Origin: Chiloscyllium plagiosum | Taxonomy: Eukaryota | Reading direction: 5' to 3' | Assembly: GCF_004010195.1 (NCBI RefSeq) | Contig: NC_057717.1 | Location: forward strand, 102,917,676-102,981,675 | DNA: 64,000 bases | Part shown: positions 1 to 12,426 of the stretch, piece by piece | How the letters are laid out: the number at the start of each line of letters is the position of its first letter | Position numbering within the stretch: position 1 is the stretch's first letter | The notes under the pieces: model-generated | Told to the model about the DNA's origin: nothing | Database searches by the model: none | The model's input: the letters and a program-made list of their open reading frames with translations, nothing else | Translations under genes and position numbers: made by a program

Positions 1-399
1 CCAATGATCAAGTGGGGCACGCTGGATATGAGTTCCTGGTCATACCATTCATGCCAAGCTTTGGGAGTGGGTAGTGCCAATGACAGGTGATTGAGGGAAT
101 GTTTGAATGACGAGACAGCTACCCCACCTTAGTGATAATGGTCAGATTCTTTTGGAGGGGTTTATACCACATGGCTTAGTGAGTTTCCTCGCCGCACCTT
201 CCCAAAACCACCTCATTAACCATGTTTTCCACCCAAACAGGATTCATCACATTCTACTACAACCACGTCTGACCACACACCATTCCCAGAACAACTCACC
301 ACTGCCAGGAAATCATAGGAATTTGGAGTGGGAGTGGGCAATTCAGCCCTTTGAGCCTGCTCTACCATTTGACATGATCATATCCCAGATTCAACTCCA

Positions 400-695
400 G
401 GGTGGCTCAGTGGTCAGCACTGTTACCTCACAGCGCCAGTGACTCAGGTTCAATTCCAGCCTCGGGCAACTGTCTGTGCGGCGTTTGCACGTCCTACCTG
501 TATCTGCATGGGTTTCCTCTGCGTGCTCTGGTTTCCTCCCACACTCCAAAGATGTGCAGATTAAGGTGGATTGGCCAGGATAAATGCAGGGATATGGTTG
601 GTGGTTGGGTCTGAATGGGATGCTGTTCGGATGGTTAGTCTGGACTTGGTGGGCTGAATTCCACACTGTTGAGAGCCTATGATTCCTGAAATCCT
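400..695 (+). mobile_element. HE1-type tRNA-derived SINE (V-SINE superfamily)
   Basis: A-box-like tggctcagtgg, B-box ggttcaattcc, V-domain tgtctgtg..gtttgcac..gggtttcctc, CR1-like tail ccacactg..ctatgattc. Confidence 0.9.
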
Positions 696-2027
696 GGAAC
701 TGACTGCCATCGCTGGTGTGGCACCATCTTTGAAAGGCTGTTGTGCATTTGACAAGCACCACACATCTGGGGCTGACCTATGTGGTCTCTGACATTTCTC
801 CCAAGTACGGCAGGCAATCCAGGGAGCCAAGCATACTTTTAGGACAATTAGCAAAAGTTTTGAGATCACTGTCACTGAGACATACTTTATCTTCTAGATT
901 TACTCATTAACTTTAAATTCTGCCGTGGTGGGATTTGAACTCCTGACCACGGCGCATTCACCCTGTATTATTGTCTCTGTGAGCTCATTACGGCAGTTAA
1001 AATCTCCCAATCTGAGAATGAGCTGGCAAATTGATGGAGAGGGAACATTTGGAACACACAGGAATGCAAAAGACTGACAATCCAGGGGCAGCAATACTGT
1101 GCAGTGAAACACAGCTGACACTACAGCAAAGCAGAAGCCAAACCTCAAATAATGAAAGCTAAAAGATGCTTTGGTTTATAGCCTTAAATCTTTTAAATGC
1201 AAAGCTGGAAATTAATTGTGGTCTAGAGAACGTTAAGATAGATTTCATTACAATGGAATTAATGTAGCTGAAAAATTATATTAGAACCTCAATGAGGAGG
1301 GGAACCAGCTTCTTAATAGAAATGTTCAATATTGTGAAGAATTTTAATCGGGTCAAGGTATTAAATAAAACTATTTCTACTGGTTGCTAAATCAGTAACC
1401 AGATTGTAAGATTGCTGCAGTGATGAAGGGAAGGATTCGGAGACTCCCTTTTCATTTCTTTAATTTCTTTATTTGTTGTCAGGTGTATTTTGTGACAAAA
1501 TACAGTGAAAAGTGTTGTATAGTGTCACCACTCTCCGGCGCCATCTTAAGACACAGAAAAATAAACCAAAATATGGAATACAAAGGCAGAAAAGTATCGA
1601 AATTCTAAAGTGTTGAGCTTTACAGTACTACTTGGTAAGTGCTCCATCATGGATCCATTAGACTGTAAGATATAGGAGTGGAGGTAAGGCCATTTGGCCC
1701 ATCGAGTCCACTCTGCCATTTAATCATGGCTGATGGAATTTCAACTCCACTTACCCGCACTCTCACAGCAGCTCTTAATTCCTTGCGAGATCAAGAATTT
1801 ATCAATCTCTGCCTTGAAGACATTTAACATCCCGGCCCCCACTGCGCTCCGTGACAATGAATTCCACAGGCCCACCACTCTCTGGCTGAAGAAATGTTTC
1901 CTCATTTCCGTTCTAAATTGACCCCCTCTAATTCTAAGGCTGTGCCCATGGGTCCTAGTCTCCCTGCCTAACGTAAACAAATTCTCAATGTCCACCCTTT
2001 CTAAGCCATGCATTATCTTGTAAGTTT

Positions 2028-2543
2028 GGGAGAAGATTTGCAGCTTGGGTGCTTGTTGTTGTGGTTCTGTTCGCTGAGCTGGGAATTTGTGTTGCAAACG
2101 TTTCGTCCCCTGTCTAGGTGACATCCTCAGTCCTTGGGAGCCTCCTGTGAAGCGCTTCTGTGATGTTTCCTCCGGCATTTATAGTGATTTGCATCTACCG
2201 CTTCCGGTTAGCCACGAAACGACACAACCAGCTATCCTTAGTAGCCACACACTCCGATGACAAGCAACATGAGTTCGACTGGGACAACACTACTATTATA
2301 GGACAAGCCAAACAGAGAACAGCCAGGGAATTCCTAGAGGCATGGCACTCATCCACAGATTCAATCAATAAGCACATCGACCTGGACCCAATATACCAAC
2401 CACTGCAACGGACAGCTGGAACTGACAACCGGAAGCGGCAGATTCAAACCACTACAAATGCTGGAGGAAAGATCACAGAAGCGCTTAACAGGAGCACTGA
2501 GGATGTCACCTAGACAGGGGACGAAACGTCTGCAACACAAATT
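2028..2543 (+). mobile_element. Penelope-like element fragment (family E): GIY-YIG C-terminus plus pLTR, preceded by an inverted pLTR copy
   Basis: ORF 2160..2513 HSDDKQHEFDWDNTTIIG..REFLEAWHS..SINK; 2028-2208 is largely the reverse complement of the 3' segment; 15-bp TSD ttatcttgtaagttt at 2013-2027 and 2544-2558. Confidence 0.9.
2494..2533 (+). ncRNA. Minimal type-I hammerhead ribozyme motif (intact core)
   Basis: GCA-CUGAGGA-U-GUCACCU(AGAC)AGGGGAC-GAAA-CG-UC-UGC; helix I GCA/UGC; ACGU palindrome at helix III; second copy on the minus strand at 2094-2133. Confidence 0.8.
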
Positions 2544-3160
2544 TTATCTTGTAAGTTTCTATTAGATCTCCCCTCAACCTTCTAAACACTAATGAATATA
2601 ATCCCACGATCCTCAGCCATTCATCATATGTTGGGCCTACCATTCTAAGAATCTCCACTGGACAAGCTCCAGTGCCAGTATGTCCTTCCTGAGGTGTGGG
2701 GCCCAAAACTGGACACAGTATTCTAAATGGGGCCTAACTAGAGCTTTATAAAGTCTCAGAAGCAGGGTCATGGGCCTAATGGCCAGGAACAAATCCCCTT
2801 CGCCCTACCAAAGACTCTGGATTGAAAGTCACCCACTCTTGGGCACCATCTTGCCTCCATTTATGCCCTCACCTCCAAGAGCCCTTGATGGACCTTGCCA
2901 ATGCAGATGCCACCAAGTACCACACTGACAATGAGCCAGCCTTGGGCCCACCTCATCGATGCAGACATTGTCGATGCCCCAGGTCTCGTAATGGACTCGA
3001 ACCCACCTCCGGCACTGCCTCCATGAATCTGCACTGGACACAGACACCATCTGGGAACCCAAACCCATCTCTGACACCACCACCAGTCAATGCTGGGATC
3101 ACATTTTGCCCACTATGCCTTCACCAGGACTGAATTCTTACTCTCTTCGCATGACTATGT

Positions 3161-3511
3161 TCATAGAATTATAGAATCCCTACAGTGTGGAAGCAAGCCA
3201 TTCAGTCCATCAAGTCCACACTGACCCTCCTGCATCCCACTTCCCTCCCAAACCCGGATCCATGTAACGCTGCATTTCCCATGGCTAACCCACCTAGCCT
3301 GCACACCTCTGGACACTATAGGAAATTTAGCATGACTAATCCACCTAACCTGTATATCTTTGGACTGTGGGAGTAACTTGAAGCACCCGAAGGAAACCCA
3401 CGCAGACATGGGGAGAATGTGCAAACTCCACACGGTCGGCCAAGGCTGGAATCAAACCTGTGTCCCCAGTACTGTGAGGCAGCAGTGCTAACCACTGAGC
3501 CACCACGCCAC
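3161..3511 (-). mobile_element. HE1 SINE
   Basis: Full head, V-domain and tail in reverse; ATTCTATG-like tail repeat. Confidence 0.92.
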
Positions 3512-3849
3512 TCAGAAATGATGATAACTGAAGTTGAAACCATGATAGGGAGAGGCCCAGGGTGGATGGGTAATGGGTGGATAACTCTTTCCAGAGGGCT
3601 GGCAGAGGTGCAATGGGATGAATGGCCCTTCCTGTTCTGCTTCAATCGTTGAATGAGAATGGGACTTGGCAACGATTGCAAATGCTTAGCAGTTCTCAAC
3701 CCAACCCAGCTAGGAGTCGCTATTTATCAGAAACATAATAACTAGGAGTAGGAATAGGCCATTCAGCCCTTCAACACTACTATGCCATTCAATATGGAGG
3801 TATTTGCATTACACAGTATCAGAATTAGTTCAATGGGAAGCATTAAAAT

Positions 3850-4190
3850 CAATCCTGATGTTCCATGAGGGAGTGTTGTGCTGTCAACAGTGCCATCTTT
3901 CAGATCAGGTGCTATTACATTTTTTCTGCCCTCTGAAGAAATGTAATAAATTCATTCTATTTTAAAAAAACAAAGAGGGGGAGGTTCCTCTGGTGTGCTG
4001 GCCAATATTAATTCCTTAATCCACATCTCAAAAGTCCTGGCAATATCAGCTTGGTATTTTTGGAGGCTTGCTGGGTGTAAATTGGCCATCACATTTTCTC
4101 CATTACAACTGTGAGTGCATTGTAAGCATAATTTGAGAGTTGATGTAGTTTGAAGTTTAATTTCCAACTGATTAAGGGTATCCTGAAGTT
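3850..4190 (+). mobile_element. Old Deu-domain SINE remnant (SacSINE1/AmnSINE1-like)
   Basis: gagggagtgttgtgctgtc..gtgccatctttcagat..ggtgtgctggccaatattaattcc..gcttgctg..aaattggcc..cattacaac. Confidence 0.6.
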
Positions 4191-4493
4191 GCGAGTTCAA
4201 CTAGACAGTTTTTTTTTTGTGTAGTTTTATTTCCCTAGCATGCCCTGAGGCAAAAACTGCCTGCTGAATGTTACTGTATCTGTGTAGATGGAAAATAAGT
4301 TACTCCATTTTCTCGATTTTGTGATTATTGAAAACTGGCCATGTGGAAGATTACAGCGATGTGCACGGTGGGGGCTTGAGCCATATGCAGAAAATGAGTG
4401 ATGAATTACAATGAGAAATGATTGGAACTTTATACACCCCACTCTGAGTGCAGTTAAATGGGGCTAGAGCAGGGTATAATATTGGGGGTGATG

Positions 4494-5136
4494 TGTTATG
4501 GACTAGACCAAACCTACTCAATACATAGCAAGGAGATAGTCTAGACCCCAAATCTTAATTTATTTAAAGGCAAGTGTAAATTGCTGCATTCCAGATATTA
4601 TTGGTTTAACAGACTAGGCTTCAAGGAAAGCACACTTTATTCTTAAACCTCAAACAAGAAGAGAGGAATTGGCATAACTTTACCTCTATTGAAATACTTA
4701 ACAAAATAATATATTATTTAACTGCTACTCGTCAACCGTTCCAATGTAGCAGCATCCTGTAAACACATCCTTGGCAAAGGTAAGTTCAGCAAAACAGATT
4801 TCCCTCACATTCTGTCTTCCCCCAGTCCAGGAGGAGCAGCACCAGAGAGAGAGAGAGAAAGAGAGCGCGAGCGCTCAGGATGTTTGTAGCAGCATCAGAG
4901 AGAGAGCCGTATCCAGCAGCTTCAACTCTTTAAAACAAAACCCAACTTCAGCACCTGAAAGCAAATCTAAAACCCTGGGTCTGTGTGACCCTGACTCCAC
5001 CCACTCATGTTTCTTTTATCAAATTTTTTTAAAACCCCAAAGTTATTTGGTTTCCATGGAGCAGACACATTGTCACCACCCCTCTTCAAAAGAAATAGGG
5101 CAAAACAAATCCCTTCTAAAGACACATATCGTCACA
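4494..5136. mobile_element. Probable solo LTR
   Basis: Begins TGTTATG and ends CGTCACA (TG..CA, imperfect short inverted ends); related sequence at about 30640-31210; no clean TSD found. Confidence 0.5.
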
Positions 5137-5200
5137 CATTGCAGTAGCGTGCTTGTCACCTGCCTGCTCCCATGTGTATTTTACCTGCAGTTAGGAAATT

Positions 5201-5332
5201 GAGAAAGTGAGGACTGCAGATGCCAGAGGTCAGAGTCGAAGGTTGTGGTGCTGGAAAAGCACAGCAGGTCAAGCAGCATCCGAGGACCAGGCGAATCAAC
5301 ATTTTGTGCATAAGCTCTTCATCAGGAATCCT
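5201..5332 (-). mobile_element. Penelope pLTR-derived short element, family A (degenerate hammerhead)
   Basis: aaagtgaggactgcagatg..ctggaaaagcacagcaggtc..ttcatcagg, shared with the terminus of the long PLE at 9312. Confidence 0.8.
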
Positions 5333-5459
5333 GGTTGGAATATTGGTGCCAAGTGTACAAATAATGTTGGGCAGCTAGGGAGGGAGTCGGCATGTTGTGA
5401 TTGGACACCCCCTACCCAACAGAAGCCATCCCCACTCACTGGGGTGCTCTCACATCCCT

Positions 5460-6127
5460 CAGTGGTGCTGCGGTGGAGAGGGTCGAGAGCAAGAAGTTCC
5501 TAGGAGTAACAATCCCCGACAATCTGTCCTGGTCCACACACCTATGTTCAAGAAAGCACAACAATGCCTTTACTTCCTGAAGAGGCCAAGGAAATTCAGC
5601 ATGTCCATAAGGTCTCTCACAAATGTTTATAGATGCACCATAGAAAGCATTCTACCTGGATGCATTACAGTGTGGTATGGCAACTGCTCCGCCCAAGACT
5701 GGAAGAAACTCTGGAGAGTCATGAACACAGCACAGTCCATCGCTCAAACCATCCATTGACTCGGTCTATACCACCCACTGTCTTGGGAAAATAGCTAACA
5801 CCATCCCACCCTGATTATACTCGCTTCGACCCTTTTCAGGGTGAGTAGAAGATTGCAAAGTTTGAACAGACGCACAATCAGGTCCAAGAACAGCTTCAGC
5901 CCCATCGTTATCAGACTTTTGATCTCTATAATGTTAAGTCTGATTTCTGTGTCTCTCTCTCTGTCTCTCTCTCTGTCTCTCTCTCCTCTTCTCTGTGGCT
6001 GTAACACTGTACCCTGCACTCTGTTCTGCTACCCTGATGCACTTTGTGTGGTATGATCTGCCTGTAAAGCACGTAAGACAACAATTTTCACTGCGGTACA
6101 CAGGACTGTAAAAATCAAATCAAATCT
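5460..6127 (+). mobile_element. Rex1/Babar-like LINE 3' fragment
   Basis: KKAQQCLYFLKR.RKF.MS..LTNVYRCTIESIL.GCITVWYGNCSAQD; 3' UTR ending in (AAATC)n. Confidence 0.85.
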
Positions 6128-6759
6128 CACTGCCCTGATCACTTCACCCCTTCCCCCTTTCACAAACCCCTTTCCCCTTGGCCAACCTGACCCTGCAGAG
6201 TCTACGATCTTTGGCGTAAAGTCCATTCCTTTCCTTCCTGGACTGACTGCTGTCCCAACCTTAACCATGGCTGTGGGTGGTCCTACTGGCACAGAGAGAC
6301 ACCCATCCATTTCAGTGCAACCATTAAGTTCTGCCTCGAGTCAATATAGGGTCTGCCGGCTCTCGGGTGGTCGCAGGTCTGACCAAGAGACAGTGGGCTC
6401 CACTTTGGGAGATCTGGTGGGTACTGCCCCATCCCCTCCACCCACGTAACATTCAGGCCATAAAACCAACTCATGCAGCTTAGATATTAATTCACCATTT
6501 AACGGAGGTGGGAGGTGGGGTGTGGGGGAAACTGGGGAGGCAAGACCGGACATCATGTTTCTGTTTCCTCAAGGGAACCCCTGGTACACAGCTACAGCCG
6601 AATGATCAATTCTCAACCTGTATTTTGTAGCATTTCCCTTGTTTCTCACAAATGAGAGTCATTAGTGCCCAGAATAGATGAATCTCAGAATGATTCAGCA
6701 CAGAAGGAGATTGCTGGATGATCTTTGAAAATGCTATCCAATTTATCCTCCAACAAGTG

Positions 6760-7800
6760 AGAATCCAACTATGGCCTCTTTACATTCACCATCATTAGAT
6801 CCCTGTCCACATCCTGGGGGTGTTACCAATTCCCAACAATCGAACTGACCCAGCCATCTAAATGCTGTGGCTACTAGAGCAGGTCAGAGGCTAGCAGTAA
6901 GTTCCAGAATTCCTACCTCCTCCAAAGCCTGTCCACCTACGACAGGGTTAACCATAGTCTGAACCCATCTACAAGGCACAAGTCAGGAATATGATGGAAT
7001 ACCTCCAACTTGTCTGGATGGGTCCAACAACACTCACGAAGCTTGACACTATCCAGGACAAAGCAGCCCGTTTGATTGGCAACACATCCACTGCCTCCAA
7101 CTTTGCTCCTTTCGCCTCCAGCACAGAGTGGCAGCAGTGTGTACCATCTACAAGATGCAGTGCAGCAACCTACCAACACTCCTTCCACGGTCATCTCTAC
7201 TGTCTAGAAAGATGAGGACAACAGATACACGGATCCACTCGCACCCGCATCTCCTCCCTGAGTCATGCAGTCGCTATCCTGATATGGAAATACATAAGTT
7301 GTTCTTGCAGTGTCATTGGCTCAAAATCCTGGGAGAGACTGGGGTGTCAAGGTAGCTCAGTGCTTAGCGCTGGTGCCTCATGGTGCTAGGGACCTGGGTT
7401 TGATTCCAGCCTTTGGTAGATTGTCAGTGTGGAGTTTGCACATTCTGAATGGATTTCTTCTGGGTGCTCTGGTTTCTTCCCACAGTCCAAAGATATGCAG
7501 GTTAGGGTTGAATTGGCCACGCTAAGTTGCCCATAGTGTTCAGGGATGTGTAATTTAGGGGTGTTAGTCAGGGGTAAGTGTAGGGGAATGGGTCTTGGCG
7601 TTACTTTTTCGACGTTCAGTGTGGACTTGTTGGGCCTGTTTCCGCACTGTAGGGTTTCCTTTAAAAAAAGCACCAAGCTGGCCCTACATCTCAAAGACAG
7701 CAGTGATTCAAGAAAGCTGCTCACCACTGCCTTCTTCTGGACAGTACAGGAATGGGGGGGGGGGGATGCTATCCTGGCCAGACCTACTGAATAAACATAA
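6760..7800 (+). mobile_element. CR1/L2-like LINE 3' fragment (second family), interrupted by HE1 at 7340-7660
   Basis: MEYLQLVWMG..LTKLDTIQDKAARLIG; the same peptide occurs at 24323-24787 and around 31800. Confidence 0.75.
7340..7660 (+). mobile_element. HE1 SINE
   Basis: tRNA head, V-domain, gggcctgtttccgcactgtaggg tail. Confidence 0.88.
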
Positions 7801-8279
7801 ACAAAATTGTACTGTCCTGCTCTTTCTCCATAGCTTGTTAAATATTTTCCCTTTAAGTATTTATCCAGAGCATTTTTAAAAGTTACTACTCAATCTGATT
7901 CCTCTGCCCTTTCGTGCATTATAACAATGGGCTGTTTAAAAATGATTCTCTCCTATCACCCTCTAGTACTGTTTTGCCAATTATATTACATCTGTGTGCT
8001 CTGAGTACAAACCCTTCCACTGCTGGTGAGTGTGCCCCTGGTAAAATCCAACATGATTTTGTCCACCTCTAATATACCACCACCTCGCCACCACGATACT
8101 AAGGAGAACTACCCCAGTTTTTCAAAGACTCCACATCAGTAACATGTCTGATCTAGTCCTTTTATTTTGGAAGAAGAGTACAAAATGGGGAAGAATTAGT
8201 TTTGCATGATATTGAGGAAAGGAGAGAGATGTGGTCCAGGAATCCAATTTCAAACAAATAATTCAGTTCATTTCTCCAT

Positions 8280-8590
8280 TCATAGAATTAAATCCCTATA
8301 GTGTTGAAAGAAGCCATTTGGCCCAAGTGTACACCAACTTTCTGAAGAGCAACCCAGCCCCTCACCATAACCCTTATGGCTAATCCACCAAGCCTGCACA
8401 CTATGGGGCAATTTCCCATGGCCAATTCACCTAACCGGCGCATCTTTGGATCGTGGGAGGAAAGTGACATACCTGGAAGAAACCCACGCAGATACAGGGA
8501 GAATGTGCAAACTTCAAGGAGACAGTCGCCTGCGGCTGGAATCGAACCTGGGTCCCTGGTACTGTGAGGCAGACGTGCTAACCCATATAA
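8280..8590 (-). mobile_element. HE1 SINE
   Basis: Reverse copy with B box ggaatcgaacc. Confidence 0.88.
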
Positions 8591-9311
8591 AGCTGTCATC
8601 TACAGCTTCAATTTCTGGAAAGTTGCAGTGCGGGATAATACCTCACCTTCTGACAACATAGAATGAGCAGCACAAAAAACAGGCCATTCGACCCAACCAG
8701 TCCATGCTACCATTCATCTTTCTGAGGCTCTAATGAGATGCTGAGGTATACATGTGGGGAACTGAACCCTATAGTTTTCCCACTCCACCTCTTTGAGCCA
8801 AATGTGCACGTGTAAAAGAAATCGCAGAAGCAAAGTGCTTCAAAAAGAAACCCACTGACTTTTGTTCAGTGTTCCCAAAGTCACGCATGGATTCCCTTTT
8901 TGGGGTGTGCCGGGATTGATTTAAAATCACCAAGGGAAGGTGACCACGTTAATGGTCAGTGAATACACTTCTCTCAGTCTTCCTACTATTCCAGGCTGTA
9001 TGCAATCAACTGTACAAGACAAGGAGAAATCTTCTTGTGCACATATTCACTCCAATACGTCCAGACATAGAATATCATTGCAGATTGAATATTGCTGAAA
9101 AGAATTCCAGATTTAAACTAATGTTGACAATGTACATTACAAGAAAGAAGTAATCCACCATCTTTTTGTCTGTAGAATAAATTGGTATGATCCTTTGAAA
9201 TTTGGCACTCTTTCACTTGTCCTGATGAGTGCAAAGCGTGCAGCTTCAGTTCGAGGACAGACACCAAAAAAAACTGCAGATGCTGGAATCCAAAGTGGAC
9301 AATCAGGAGAC

Positions 9312-11176
9312 CAGGAGAAAGTGAGGACTGCAGATGCTGGAGAGTCAGAGTCGATAGGTGTGGCGTTGGAAAAGCACAGCAGGTCAGGCAGCATCGAAGG
9401 AGCAGGAGAATGGACGTTTCGGACATAAGCGCTTCATCAGGAATGTGGTGGGTGGGTGTGGGGGCTGGGAGATAAATAGGGTCTAGGGCTGGGGTTGGGG
9501 GGAAGGTAGCTGGGAAGGTGACATTTAGATGCAGGTGGGGGGTTAATGGTGATAGGGTGGAGTGAATAGGTGGGAAGGGAGATGGACAGGGGAGATAGTT
9601 CAAGAGAGTGGTGTCGAGTTGGAGGATTGGATCTGGATTGAGGTGGGGAGAGGGGAGATGAGGAAACTGGTGAAATCCACATTGATGCCATGGGGTGGGA
9701 GGGTCCCAAGGCAGAAGATGAGGTGTTCTTCCTACAGGCGTCAGGTGGCTTGGATTTGGCGGTGGAGGAGGCCCAGGACTTGCATGTTCTTGACAGATTG
9801 GGAGGGGGCGTTGAAGTGGTCGGCCACAAGGTGGTCGGTTTTCTTTGGTGTGTGTGTGTGTCCCAGAGATATTCTCTGAAATGTTCCGCGAGTTGGCATT
9901 GTGTCTCCTCAATGCAGAGGACACCACAACAAGAGCAATGGACACAGTAGATGAGGTATTTGGATTTGCAGGAAAATCTATGCCGGATATGGAAGGATCC
10001 TTTGGGCCCTTGGATGGAGGTGTGGGGGAGGTGCGGGCTCAGGTTTTACACCTCTTGTGGTAGCAGGAGAAGGTGCCGGGAGTGGAGGATGGGTTGGTGA
10101 GAAGCATGGACCTAACAGAGGGAGTTACAGAGGGAATAGTCTCTGCAGAATGCTGACAGGGGTGGGAGGGAAATATCTCTCTGGCAGTAGGGTCTGACTG
10201 AAGGTGGCAGAAATGGCGGAGTATGATGTGTTGTATCTGGTGGTTGGTAGGTGGAAGGTGAGGACTGGGGTGTTCTATGTTTGTTGCAGTTGGAGGGGTG
10301 GGGTTAAAGGTTGGAGGTTCAGGAAGTGGAGGAGATGTGCTGGAGGGCATTGTTAACCATGTGGGAGGGGTAGTTGCAGGCCTTGAAACAGGAGGCCATC
10401 TGGGATGTCCTAGAGTGGAATTGCTCCTCCTGGGAGCAGATACGACAGAGCCAGAGGAATTCGGAGTAAGGGGAGGTGGTGTGAGAAGAGGTGTAGTCCA
10501 GGTAGCTGTGGAGGTCAGTGGGTTTGAAATAGATGTCCGTGTTGAGCCCATCGCCGGAAATGAAGATGAACCGGTTCAGGAAAGGGAGAGAGGTGTCTGA
10601 GATGGTCCAGAAATCAGAGTGGAAGTTGTTTGTGAAGGTGATGAACTGTTCAACCTTCTTGTGGGACAGGAGGAGGTGCTGACACAGTCTTCGATGTAGT
10701 GGAGGAAAACGTGGGGAATGGTGCGGGTGTAGCTGCAGAAGATAGACTGTTCTGTGTATCTGACAAGGAGGCAGGCATAGCTGAGGCCCGTATGGGTACC
10801 CATGGCCACCTCTTTGGTCTGGAGGAAGTGGGAGGATACAAAGGAGAAGTTGGTGAGGGTCAGTTCAGCCAATCGAATAAAGGTGTCAGTGTAGGGGTAC
10901 TGGTCGGGTCGGTGGGAGAGGAAGAAACTGAGAGGTTGTGGAGGCCTTTGTCATGGTGGATAGGGACTGGATGTCCACGGTGAAGATGAGGCGCTGGGGG
11001 CCGGGGAACTGAAAGTCTTGGAGGAGGTGGAGGGCATGGGTGGTGTCCCAAATACATGTGGGGAGTTCCTGGACTGGGGGGGGGGGGAGCAGGACGGTGT
11101 CAAGGTATGAGCAGATAAGTTTGGTGGGTTAGGAGCAGGCAGAGACAATGGGTTGACCAGGTCAGTCAGGCTTGTG
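9312..11176 (-). mobile_element. Decayed Penelope-like retroelement (RT + Cys-rich linker + GIY-YIG + family A pLTR), probably Neptune clade
   Basis: ORF 10576..10872 AELTLTNFSF..FLQTKEVAMGTHTGLSYACL..FLHYIEDC (RT, YIDD decayed); PGTFSCYHKRCKT linker; about 9865-9955 reads LIYCVHCSCCGVLCIEETQCQLAEHFREYL (GIY-YIG); terminal repeat with hammerhead at about 9410-9444; many frameshifts. Confidence 0.88.
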
Positions 11177-11302
11177 AGGTGGAGAAATGGACGTTTCGGG
11201 TTTAATTCCCAAAGAAGGGCTACACTCGAAACATTGACCTATCCACATCCTGATGCTGCCTGGCTTGCTGTGTTCTTCCAGCCTCCTGCTTGTCCACCTT
11301 GG
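11177..11302 (+). mobile_element. Family B fold-back short element, right part (left part at about 9259-9310)
   Basis: gaagggctacactcgaaacattgac..gatgctgcctggcttgctgtgttcttccagcctcctgcttgtc matches 31432-31570; gaggacag repeated at 9253-9260 and 11302-11309. Confidence 0.7.
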
Positions 11303-12078
11303 AGGACAGCAATACTGAGTAAGCAGGTAAGTCAACTGGGATGGACTGTTAGCTCTGTGCCTAGTTGCTATTAATTGCAAAGGAATACTGAACACAGCAG
11401 GGGTGAATATTCTGACTGTTGGCAATCAGGAAGAATTGAGATGGTTCAGGTTGCAGACTAATCAGTTCTGTAGTCTTATTTCTGCAGGGTGTTTCTGCCC
11501 TTTCATCTCATTCCCACTCCATTGAAGTGGGGCTTAATTATGCATGTGTTCACCATCCTAATGAAGGCCACTGGCAGGACATGCAATAAGTTCTGCCCAG
11601 TGGGACCTTTGCTCATTATCCCCTGCCATTGAAGTGATACAATAGAATCAATTCTTTCAAAGGGACTGAGGGAAGAAAGTGGGGATCTGTGCATATTTTT
11701 CCCATCTTGGAGTAACTTCTTTTTTTTCTGGCTGTTAAAAATCCTCTTGTGATGGAGCAGAATTATTGCTACTGATTGTAACACTTGTGTTTTTTTTCAA
11801 ACCCTTTTGTCAAATTGATTTTAAAAATATTTCCTCAGGGTTAGGTTCACTTTACAATAACCTGTTCCAAGGCACACAATATATATGACATGAACTGAGA
11901 TAATTAGTACGAGTGGCAGTCAATACAATCATATATGCCTGCATGAGATCTGTTTTTGTAACAACAGACGGTTATTAAACACATTCTTCAGCAGATTCCA
12001 TCTTTGAAAAACTCGCAGGATTTCTGGTAGAATATATGGGGCAGAGGCAGTGGAGGGGAGGGGTGATTTTAGAATTTT

Positions 12079-12426
12079 TCATAGAATCCCTACAGTGTAG
12101 AAGAAGGTCATTTGGCCCATCAAGTTCACACTGACCCTATGAAGAGCATTCCACCCAGACCCACCCCATCTTCCTAACCTATCCCTGCAACCCTGCATTT
12201 CCAATGGCTAACCCACACATCCCTGGATGATATGGGCAATTTCCCATGGCCTATCCACTTAACCTGCATATCTTTGGACTGTGGGAGGAAACCGGAGCAC
12301 CCAGAGGAAACCCACGCAGACACTGGGAGAAAGTACAAACTCCACACAGACAGACACCCGAGGCTGGGATCGAACCTGGGTCCCTGGCGCTGTGAGGCAG
12401 CGGTGCTAACCACTGAGCCACCACGC
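12079..12426 (-). mobile_element. HE1 SINE
   Basis: Near-consensus full-length reverse copy. Confidence 0.93.

Larger units (their letters stand above)
1660..2765 (-). mobile_element. 5'-truncated CR1 LINE 3' end, split by a Penelope-like insertion at 2028-2543
   Basis: ORF 1741..2178 ends YKIMHGLERVD..TRTHGHSL..RKHFFSQRVVGLWNSL..FKAEIDKFL (CR1 ORF2 C-terminus); continues LRIVGLYSLVFRRLRGDLIETYKI on the other side of the insert. Confidence 0.9.

Noticed and set aside
9118..9945. 275-aa ORF, the longest in the window
   Set aside because: Out-of-frame read-through of the decayed PLE end, its C-rich UTR and the pLTR.
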